This document shows positions 56,194-64,000 of a stretch of DNA of 64,000 bases, piece after piece. Numbering within the stretch: position 1 is the stretch's first letter; every line of letters begins with the position of its first letter. Below the pieces are notes generated by a model. It saw only the letters and a list, made by a program, of their open reading frames with translations. It was not told where the DNA came from and did not search any database. Location: positions 64,001 to 128,000 of the forward strand of contig JAYTSD010000031.1 in assembly GCA_043745805.1 (NCBI GenBank), in the 5' to 3' direction. The position numbers were made by a program, and so were the translations under genes. This DNA comes from Fibrobacteria bacterium. GTDB lineage: Bacteria; Fibrobacterota; Fibrobacteria; UBA11236.

Positions 56194-57324
56194 ATGGGTA
56201 TTACAAAAACTGGTCCCAACAAATACATTATTAAAGCCCGTGTAATTATTACGAATAAAGATCCGCGAAAAAAACGCAGTGATAAGCGCAAGGTCGAAAC
56301 ATTTTTTGGCAACGAAAGACAGGCAAATGACCGCTACCTAGCTTTAAAAAGCGAATTGCGAGCGGAAAAAAGTAAACCACAGTTTCAGAGCCATTTCCGA
56401 TTCTATTTAGAGCAGTATCGCGATCTTCGAGGCGGTACAATACCACAAAAACAAAGGGCGGTTTATGACTCGCTAGACAGCGACGTGGGTAACGTAGATA
56501 TTACGGACCTTCGAGATTTTTTATTTAAGTATTCGAAAATAATCCAACGAATTCCATCAAAAATGACCGGCAAATTATTGTCAAACGGGTCGATAAATAG
56601 GCGTCGCGCCATGGCCCTAGCTGCGCTTAATTTGGCTAAGGACTTAAATCAAATTAGCGATGTTCCGCTTACAAAATCGGTTTGGCCAAAGCTGTCGGAA
56701 ATCCCGCGGGATAGGCGATTGCATGATCATGAAATCGTTAACCTTATAAACACGATAAATGAGCATGCTCCACATATTTATTACTTATTCTGGTTTGCAA
56801 TAAATGTTCCCTGCCGTAAATCAGAATTAGTAAACATGACCATTGACGATCTAAACCTATTTGCGAATGCAATTAGAATACCCAATGGCACAACTAAAAA
56901 TGAAGAGGGCACTTGGAAGCCAATACCAAGGGATATGCTGAATTATTTTCGAACCTTGCCGGAGGGAACTAAATATTTGTTTTACCGAATGGTAGGGGGT
57001 AGATGTCGTCGTATTGGAGACTTTAAAAAGTCATGGTCCAAATGCAAAAAAATTGCTGGCATTGCAAACTTTAGATTTCACGACACCCGCCATATCGCCG
57101 CAAGAAATATGATTATCGCGGGAATGGCTGAGCGTGATGTTATGAAAATTGCGGGATGGAAAACAAACATGCTTTCAACTTATTGGGGAAGCTCTTCGCT
57201 GGATTCGCTTTCGAGAGTTAAATTTATCTCTTGGGATGCCATTGTCGGTGGCAACTCGGTGTCAGGTGGCGAAGGTAATTCACAAGACAAGGTTGTTTCT
57301 GGTGTGAAAAAGGCGGTTTCTTAA
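56194..57324 (+). CDS. Tyrosine integrase
   Basis: CRKSEL (R), TKN (K), FHDTRH (HxxR), AGWKT, MLSTY (Y); start ATG 56194 after RBS gaggt; stop 13 bp before the att core. Confidence 0.95.
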   Translation: MGITKTGPNKYIIKARVIITNKDPRKKRSDKRKVETFFGNERQANDRYLALKSELRAEKSKPQFQSHFRFYLEQYRDLRGGTIPQKQRAVYDSLDSDVGNVDITDLRDFLFKYSKIIQRIPSKMTGKLLSNGSINRRRAMALAALNLAKDLNQISDVPLTKSVWPKLSEIPRDRRLHDHEIVNLINTINEHAPHIYYLFWFAINVPCRKSELVNMTIDDLNLFANAIRIPNGTTKNEEGTWKPIPRDMLNYFRTLPEGTKYLFYRMVGGRCRRIGDFKKSWSKCKKIAGIANFRFHDTRHIAARNMIIAGMAERDVMKIAGWKTNMLSTYWGSSSLDSLSRVKFISWDAIVGGNSVSGGEGNSQDKVVSGVKKAVS

Positions 57325-57337
57325 TATGAGACTCTGC

Positions 57338-57382
57338 CTCTTAATCAGCGGGTCGAAGGTTCAATCCCTTCAGTACCCACCA
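57338..57382 (+). repeat. Right att core (displaced 3' part of tRNA-Lys)
   Basis: Identical to 17824-17868; no tRNA 5' half upstream. Confidence 0.96.
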
Positions 57383-57600
57383 CCGATTTTTTTTCCGAAA
57401 CGTCTCAATCAAAGTCTGTCATTGCGAAATTAATTACGCATAATGTGCAACACGCTTAGTTAATCGTATTTTATATTGGCGCTACTAGCTGTCGATGTTG
57501 AATGCGCTGATCAAAAATGCGATTGAGTAAGTTTAGCCAATGCCGTTCCGCAACAAGTGAACTTCCGCCGGTTTAGTAAACCTTTACATGTGTAAATGCA

Positions 57601-58050
57601 CTATTTCAACCATGATCCAAAAATCATACGCTCCGAACCTTTACTTTTCCAGACTCCAGTATATTCAATCAACTGTGGTTCAAAGCGGTCTTTCCATTCC
57701 GTCAAACGATTTTGCAAGGTATCGGCTTCTAAACAAATAAATTTCAAACTTTTTATTTCAGGATAAATTTCAAGTAAGCTATCCTTCAAGATGATTTTTT
57801 TTTCTTCTCGTTCAATTTCAATTTGCCCACCTTGGCATTTAGAAATAGGGTTTTGTAAAGCTTTTTGAATGGTCCGAGTAAGTAAAAACAAATGCCGCAA
57901 ATCTTCAGCCTCTTGACTACGTGCCATAAATTGCGAGTGGCCGGATAAATAAATTCGACTTGTAAGCGTTACAATGAAAGTGGATATCGTTATTCCTACC
58001 AATAATTCTATTAGCGTGAATCCTCGTAATGAGGGAGTATATTTTTTCAT
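57601..58050 (-). CDS. Prepilin/pseudopilin-like protein
   Basis: RG|FTLIELLV class III signal. Confidence 0.85.
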   Translation of the reverse strand: MKKYTPSLRGFTLIELLVGITISTFIVTLTSRIYLSGHSQFMARSQEAEDLRHLFLLTRTIQKALQNPISKCQGGQIEIEREEKKIILKDSLLEIYPEIKSLKFICLEADTLQNRLTEWKDRFEPQLIEYTGVWKSKGSERMIFGSWLK

Positions 58051-58385
58051 GGAATAAAGTAATCCATTTGTAATTGACTTATAACTTTACCTTGTTTATT
58101 GCTTGCAATACCTCTTAAAATTGTTTCTTTACCGTCCTTGACTATGTCGATTTTAATTTGCAAAAAAGGAGCGGCAGACATTTGTTCCAGAAATACCGAA
58201 TGTGGCTTTAAAAGATAAGCGCGTTGTAACCGATTTTCCAAAATCTGCGTAGCCATAAATTTTTCAGTAGCGGCCTGATTTTCGGTACGTCGATAAAACC
58301 ATGCACTTAAAGGAAATAAAAATACCGAAGCGATAATCATTGCTATTAAGGTTTCGATTAAACTAAAGCCCTTCATGGTAACCAA
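58047..58385 (-). CDS. Prepilin/pseudopilin-like protein
   Basis: KG|FSLIETLIA class III signal. Confidence 0.85.
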   Translation of the reverse strand: MVTMKGFSLIETLIAMIIASVFLFPLSAWFYRRTENQAATEKFMATQILENRLQRAYLLKPHSVFLEQMSAAPFLQIKIDIVKDGKETILRGIASNKQGKVISQLQMDYFIP

Positions 58386-59749
58386 TTTTTTTGCAAAGGT
58401 AAAGGTTGCAAATTTTCGAAAATCAAGGGGACGGGTATAGTCTGTGATGTAGTAGCAGCATGTAATTGAGCATCTTTTAAGTGTCCAAACCAGATTGTCC
58501 CTTGCTCTTCAAATTTTAAATTTTGGCAAATCAAAGAACCCTGTAAATGCCCTTCCATTTTAACCAAACCGGGTGTGTAAATTAACCCTTGTATATCTGT
58601 TTTTGCTGCTACTTCGATTTGTATATCTTGATTGTATTTCGGTTTTTCAGAAATATTGACTAGAAAAACACCTTGTCCCTGATATTGTTTTATGCTCATT
58701 GTTCCCCAATATAATGAGTCTTTTTCAGATTTAGCCAATACACGGCCATGAACATAGAAAGTGGGATAATGTTCTTGCGTAGAAGAAATATTGATCTTTA
58801 AACTATCGCGAGCAATAAATTGTCCCTGTAATTGTGGCGCACCGATAATATTCATATTTCTTAACGCATACACAATGCTGTTTTTGAAAGACGCATTACC
58901 TTCAATACGAATAAAGTTTGCTAAAATTTTGCAATTGCGTATGCGTGCTCCAGTAGCTATCGTAACAGTATCTGCGGAAATCCAACGAATATTTTCCCAT
59001 GTCGAATCAATTAGTATTAAAGAAGAAGGGGTGCATCTATCCGTAATTTTAAAGCTATCAAAATCGGCATCATTATCAAAACGAAGCCTTTCCCAATAAA
59101 TTTCTTGGCGCTCAACCCATGTTTTTGCTTTAGCCATACTAACTTCTATTTTTTTCCAAACCGTACTATTACTGTCCCATACAGGCCCGCTATGGGCTAT
59201 CGTGCCATGCCAATATAATGGGGCTCCAATGGCCTTTTGTACGCCACCGCGCCAAAGTAGGATTGGGCCAATAACCGAAGCCTTTCCAGCCAATACCATT
59301 TGCCCCTCTTTATTCGTTAATGCCAATGCGGGTAAATCTTGCAAATTCAAATTTTGCCCTATCAACGCGCGTTCGCATTTATTGATAACTCGATCTCCCT
59401 TTCGTAACTCTCCTGTTACGGTAGCTTGGGTGAATAAGCCATAGGGTTGCACAGAAGTGGTGAAAGATAATTTTTGATCTTGCAGCCAATATTTCAATTT
59501 ATCAGTTTGAAATTCTAAATGTTCTGCCTCGGATCCACTTAATTTTTTTAGCACATAGTCTAGGCCGGACTCGGAAGCCAAGCGAGCTTGTATAATATCT
59601 TGTTCTTGCTGAGCAAGGTTATTATTGAATTTTACTGATTTCCAATAAATGGATAAAAGTAAACCTAATACAGCTATAATACCTAGCACATATCCTAAGG
59701 CGCTGCCTTGATTGCTAGATGGAAAATTAGGTTTGGAAATATATTGCAT
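58373..59749 (-). CDS. PilX/GspK-like minor pilin
   Basis: QG|SAL..VL hydrophobic helix, QA.LASESGL. Confidence 0.7.
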   Translation of the reverse strand: MQYISKPNFPSSNQGSALGYVLGIIAVLGLLLSIYWKSVKFNNNLAQQEQDIIQARLASESGLDYVLKKLSGSEAEHLEFQTDKLKYWLQDQKLSFTTSVQPYGLFTQATVTGELRKGDRVINKCERALIGQNLNLQDLPALALTNKEGQMVLAGKASVIGPILLWRGGVQKAIGAPLYWHGTIAHSGPVWDSNSTVWKKIEVSMAKAKTWVERQEIYWERLRFDNDADFDSFKITDRCTPSSLILIDSTWENIRWISADTVTIATGARIRNCKILANFIRIEGNASFKNSIVYALRNMNIIGAPQLQGQFIARDSLKINISSTQEHYPTFYVHGRVLAKSEKDSLYWGTMSIKQYQGQGVFLVNISEKPKYNQDIQIEVAAKTDIQGLIYTPGLVKMEGHLQGSLICQNLKFEEQGTIWFGHLKDAQLHAATTSQTIPVPLIFENLQPLPLQKNWLP

Positions 59750-60201
59750 TAGGGATATCCTAAAATAAATTTCCGACCTTCCTTAATAACCGTGACTTGA
59801 TGACGCTCTATGAGGAGAATTTTAAAATCCCAAACTTGAGCCCCTACTTTGACCAATTCAGTTTGCGAATCTTGTTTGAGTATGGCTACAGGGTCTGTGC
59901 CCCATAATATACCCGTTAATATGGCTTTAGGCGGCTCAATGATTTTAAGAGGCGTTTTGACCACCGGGCTTTTTGATTTTAAAGGAATCGGAGTTTGTGT
60001 ATATAAAAGCGATTGAAAAGGATCGCGCAGCGTGCTGTCTACTAAAAATTTGGAACGAAACAATAATAGATCATTCTTTACCATAACAATTTTTTCAGTT
60101 ACGACTTCAGTTTTCTTAAAATAAAGATAAACAAATTGCCATAATACATAAGTCCAAATACTGATTGCAGTGGCAAGTAGGAGTATAAATAGTTTCCTCA
60201 T
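59749..60201 (-). CDS. PilP/GspC-like protein
   Basis: N-terminal TM, RDPF motif, LTGILW....AI; likely start MRKLF. Confidence 0.65.
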   Translation of the reverse strand: MRKLFILLLATAISIWTYVLWQFVYLYFKKTEVVTEKIVMVKNDLLLFRSKFLVDSTLRDPFQSLLYTQTPIPLKSKSPVVKTPLKIIEPPKAILTGILWGTDPVAILKQDSQTELVKVGAQVWDFKILLIERHQVTVIKEGRKFILGYP

Positions 60202-60205
60202 ACTC

Positions 60206-60748
60206 CTAATCCTTCGGCACAAAAATACTGAGTTCTAACTGTACGTGAATGGAAGAATGATGCATGGCTTCGCTTTTGATGGATATTTTTCTTATCCGCA
60301 AAATCATGTCCTGATTTTCCAAAGCGGCGATAAAATGTAAAAGATCCGGAAATTTTCCAATTACATTAAGCGCAAAAGGATATTCGGAAGAGCCCGGTAA
60401 GGACAAAACATCCATGACCTGTAAATCTGATATTTGTAAGCCTTGAGTTTTGGCTTGCTCTGCCAGCATTTGTAATATCATTGATCCTTGTCCAGACGTT
60501 GGAAAAGTTTTTTTTAAACTCTCCATACGCATGGCTATATCTTGGTAAAAACGAGTCAAGCTATCGGTATGCCCTAGATTTCTTTGTAAGGCTTTAAACT
60601 CACCCAATCTATCCCGATTAATTTGATAACTTCGATAAGAATATAAGCCCCAAGTTCCGAGTAATAAAAACATGGCACAACTCAGTATAAGCAATCCCAC
60701 AAAAAGGAATTCACCTTTACGACGCGCAAAAATAGTGGGCAAGTTCAT
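60206..60748 (-). CDS. PilO/GspM-like protein
   Basis: TM, coiled coil, V.G.F..L..FI..LE. Confidence 0.75.
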   Translation of the reverse strand: MNLPTIFARRKGEFLFVGLLILSCAMFLLLGTWGLYSYRSYQINRDRLGEFKALQRNLGHTDSLTRFYQDIAMRMESLKKTFPTSGQGSMILQMLAEQAKTQGLQISDLQVMDVLSLPGSSEYPFALNVIGKFPDLLHFIAALENQDMILRIRKISIKSEAMHHSSIHVQLELSIFVPKD

Positions 60749-62160
60749 TCTTGGACCTGCATTTGGAAATACACCAAATCGCGATGATTCGCTTTTATAC
60801 CGGTTTTTTGCACGACTTTTTCCGCGGCCATGGCTTCGGTAGATTTAAGTTTTACTTCCGAAAAATGATTTTGTTTTTCTAAATGCGCTAAAAGTTCTGA
60901 CACTTTCGCCTCATCTAATGCATATCCAGATAGGTGATGGATAAACCCAGATTTTTCGCCACTTTCCAAATCCCAACTTTCCAACCAAACGCCAGCAGGT
61001 AATGCCGAAGTTACTTGTTGCAAACTTTTTGCCGAGCTATTGCGCAAGGAAAGGACTTCGCTTAATTTTTGCAACTCCTGTTCAACATTCTGTTTATGTT
61101 TTTGCAGGACATTCCATTCCTTTAGCTCATGATTCCACTTTTTATGACTTACTTTAACAGATATTTGCAGAGCTAAGGATAAAGCGAACATTAAGGCTAC
61201 GCTGCCGCCAAAAAAAAGCAATATCCAGTAATTTGCCCGACATAAAAACCCAGCGTGTTGCAACCATTTGCGGCGTTTAGCCACTAGCTCTTCGTTCCAA
61301 CTCCCTAAGCTGATTGCAGATATTTGTCCTTGGGCATGGTTTAAGGCTTGTAATCCCGCTAAACGAAATTCTTCCGGTAAAGTCGATAAAGTTTTAATGC
61401 AAGCAGCATTTTCAACTATCAAACCCAGTGGAGCGAGAATTTTTTCCCAATCGCAGGCTGCATGATTTTTCCATAGATACACTGAAGTTACCTGTAAATT
61501 CTCCCTTTGGTTTTTCCAATGCTCATTCCAATGCAATAGGGCTTTTTGAATTTCTTTGGCCATCAATATTGGCGATTCGTTAATGGTATTGAGTCCATAA
61601 GGGATGCGGCTATGTGCCAGCAACATTTTATCGCGATACATTAGCAAATGGGTATAATCAATTTCTGGCAATAAGATTAGAAATGAGTCATTGCATTTTT
61701 GAAAATCTAGGGCCTGATTTAGTAGTAAGGGGCTAGGCACCAATTCGGATAAAGTTGCTAAACTTTGGGGTAAAGACTTTGTGAATGCCTCTAGGCTATC
61801 TGCTCGGAACCAAAGTAAAGCATGGCATTCGATTTCGGCAAAAGTCAAACTTTCCAATTCATCTCGTCTTATGCCTTGTGGGCGCGATGCTTCTTCTGCA
61901 ATACGACGCCCTTCTTCGGAATTTTCTATTTCATTTTGAAAAACCCATTTGAAAGGTAAATGAGAAACTGCCCCGTAAAAGCCCTCATAAGTCAGGCCTT
62001 GGGCTTGTGCAAAGGCAGCGGCTTCATTAAAGTCACCTTTAAAATGCCGTACAAATTTTTTGGTTTTATAATCGACTCCAACCAAATGAATTTCTTGTGA
62101 TGTCCATTCCGCACCCCAAACAATGCGGGGCATAAAAAGCTCCGACCAAGAAAAAGTCAT
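60745..62160 (-). CDS. PilM/PilN (GspL)-like protein
   Basis: Cytoplasmic domain, TM, LP.GVWL, L.GYA, F..V.L.ST. Confidence 0.7.
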   Translation of the reverse strand: MTFSWSELFMPRIVWGAEWTSQEIHLVGVDYKTKKFVRHFKGDFNEAAAFAQAQGLTYEGFYGAVSHLPFKWVFQNEIENSEEGRRIAEEASRPQGIRRDELESLTFAEIECHALLWFRADSLEAFTKSLPQSLATLSELVPSPLLLNQALDFQKCNDSFLILLPEIDYTHLLMYRDKMLLAHSRIPYGLNTINESPILMAKEIQKALLHWNEHWKNQRENLQVTSVYLWKNHAACDWEKILAPLGLIVENAACIKTLSTLPEEFRLAGLQALNHAQGQISAISLGSWNEELVAKRRKWLQHAGFLCRANYWILLFFGGSVALMFALSLALQISVKVSHKKWNHELKEWNVLQKHKQNVEQELQKLSEVLSLRNSSAKSLQQVTSALPAGVWLESWDLESGEKSGFIHHLSGYALDEAKVSELLAHLEKQNHFSEVKLKSTEAMAAEKVVQKTGIKANHRDLVYFQMQVQE

Positions 62161-64000
62161 TTTTCTAAGTCCGAATTTTTCTTCAGATATTCTTCTGGAT
62201 TAACATTGGCATCATTTCCAAAATAAATATGAGGGGTAACAAAAATCAGTAATTGGCTGCGCGAGCGAGTTTGGGTATTGTTTTTAAATAGCCAACCAAT
62301 AAAGGGAATGGAGCCGAAAAAAGGAACTTGTCGATTGGTGCGATTAAGGGATTCTTTTACTAATCCACCAAGTACAATTGTTTCTCCATCGCGTAGGCGC
62401 ACCTTCGATTTTAAAATACGATGATTTAAAGTGGGAGGGACATTGGGATCGAAAGATCCTTCGGGTTCGGAAAAATCCGGGACTATATCGCAAGTGATTT
62501 CTTTTTGGCCCGTAACAAAAGGCGTCACAGTTAAAGTTACATTGGCTTCAATTTTTTCAAAATGCTGAGATGTTTTAGTGGTAACATTTGCCGTTTGATT
62601 GAAATCTGTTTCCGATTTTAACAGAAAATACTGAGTTTGGCCTACGGTAATGGTGGCTTCCGAACCATTCAAAGTGGCTATTTGCGGGCGAGAGCGTATT
62701 TTTAAAACTTTTTCAGTTTCCAAAGCTTCCACTTTAGCGATAAAATTTTTCGGTAAAGAAACAATATCGCGCAGGCCAGGAATACCCTTAAGTAAATCTT
62801 CACTCCGCTCTTTGTTAAATACTTGATCAATAGCAGGATAAATAGTTTCTGCACTTTTAACCCGCTTAATATCTCCCAAAAAAAGATCGGCACCATAACT
62901 GCGAATTCTATCCATGTCCACGTCGACTACCAAGGCTTCAATAAGAATTTGGGCAACGGGTAAATCGATTTGACTGATGTATTGGGTAATTCCATCAATC
63001 ACTTCATAGGGACCTAAAGCCATAATGGCGTTTTGGCTTTTCACTAATTTGAGTTGCGCCTTTTGTGTAAGTGTGGCTGGTAATAACTCCATTACATCTT
63101 CCGCTTTCAAATGCTTGAGCACCAGCAATTTGGAATTATCTAATACTTGCATGCTTTGAGGGCCAATAAAATAAACTTTATTATGCGTCCAAAAAGTAAA
63201 CTCGGTGCCACGGAAAAGAATTTGGAACGCTTGCTCCAAAGGAACATCAGAAATTTTCATCGTCACATTGCCTTTAAGCTCGCCATATATAACTGTACTG
63301 ATACCAGATTGTTGGCAAATTGCGGAAACAATATCATGCAGAGGAGCATTGGTGACTTCCATGCTCACTTGATTATCTTTTACAAAAACCGGCATGCGGC
63401 GAGTTGCCGCTTCACCTGGCTTTGCACCATCGCTATTCCAAGCCTGAGGAAAAAACGTAATGATGCCTTCTTTTTCTCGCATAAGTAACCCATTACTCTC
63501 AGCGATTAATTTTAACCCTTTATTCAAATCCATATTTTTAAAAAAAGCATTGATGTCACTACGTAATCCTGCATCTGCCACTATGGTCTTGTTGGTTTTT
63601 TCCACTAGTTTGCGTACAACTTGATCTAAGGGTATCTTTTGAATATCAGCGGACAATTGATTATTGGCGAAATCCACAATAAAATTGGGTGGCGGCGGTA
63701 AAGCAGGTGGAGGAGTGGTTTTTTTATCCACCTTAATGGCGCCATGTACTACGCTTAAGACATATCCATTTTCTTCGGCAATTAAGCGCACCGCTTCTTT
63801 TAATTTAATCTTATGCAAATTTACGGAAATAGGTCCCGCCACATTGGCGGCCATAAGAATATTAATACCATATTGTACACCTAAACCTTGCAGTACATCG
63901 CGTATCTCAGTATTACGAACATTCAAGGCTTCCACTTTAATGCTATCCGGAATAGGCAAGTCTACTTCCTCGGCTACCTTTAAAGGAATTACAGGACTCA
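62157..64000 (-). CDS. Secretin (PilQ/GspD family), 5' end beyond the window
   Basis: QILIEALVVDV, P.IATLNG..A.I.VG, V.LRDGETIVLGGL, VPFFGSIPFIGWLF, LLIFVTPHI; frame is open to base 64000. Confidence 0.92.
   Translation of the reverse strand, partial: SPVIPLKVAEEVDLPIPDSIKVEALNVRNTEIRDVLQGLGVQYGINILMAANVAGPISVNLHKIKLKEAVRLIAEENGYVLSVVHGAIKVDKKTTPPPALPPPPNFIVDFANNQLSADIQKIPLDQVVRKLVEKTNKTIVADAGLRSDINAFFKNMDLNKGLKLIAESNGLLMREKEGIITFFPQAWNSDGAKPGEAATRRMPVFVKDNQVSMEVTNAPLHDIVSAICQQSGISTVIYGELKGNVTMKISDVPLEQAFQILFRGTEFTFWTHNKVYFIGPQSMQVLDNSKLLVLKHLKAEDVMELLPATLTQKAQLKLVKSQNAIMALGPYEVIDGITQYISQIDLPVAQILIEALVVDVDMDRIRSYGADLFLGDIKRVKSAETIYPAIDQVFNKERSEDLLKGIPGLRDIVSLPKNFIAKVEALETEKVLKIRSRPQIATLNGSEATITVGQTQYFLLKSETDFNQTANVTTKTSQHFEKIEANVTLTVTPFVTGQKEITCDIVPDFSEPEGSFDPNVPPTLNHRILKSKVRLRDGETIVLGGLVKESLNRTNRQVPFFGSIPFIGWLFKNNTQTRSRSQLLIFVTPHIYFGNDANVNPEEYLKKNSDLEK

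Noticed and set aside
57338-57382. Second tRNA-Lys gene
   Set aside because: Only the 3' 45 nt are present, without the acceptor 5' strand or D-arm; it is the att duplication

Overview
Bacterial chromosome segment; an FCB-group host (possibly Fibrobacterota) is inferred from the secreted-protein motifs but cannot be proven from this window. Left host arm (1-17.8 kb): 5'-truncated dnaA, an IS256-family element, typA/bipA, smc, a histidine kinase plus sigma54 (NtrC-family) regulator, an ECF sigma factor behind a consensus sigma54 promoter, three envelope genes including an Omp85-family protein, and tRNA-Lys(CTT). A 39.5-kb, apparently complete temperate prophage lies between two identical 45-bp copies of the tRNA 3' end (17824-17868 and 57338-57382). 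It has podovirus-type gene order (terS, terL, portal, scaffold, capsid, adaptor, nozzle, fibre, ejection proteins; no tape measure seen), a repressor switch, a Bet recombinase, xis/int, and a replication gene. Right host arm: a T2SS/type IV pilus-like operon. Most notable: (1) several proteins of the virion module, including the putative tail fibre and the protein after the major capsid gene, carry Sec-type signal peptides and many D-(S/T)-x motifs matching the Bacteroidota O-glycosylation sequon; (2) a secreted DT-repeat protein with a T9SS-CTD-like tail sits just downstream of the repressor; (3) a type I hammerhead ribozyme lies inside a small-gene operon; (4) attP falls inside the early-strand gene run; (5) an internally deleted dam gene and a 36-bp tandem-repeat protein. 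All product calls come from motif reading and gene order, not database searches.
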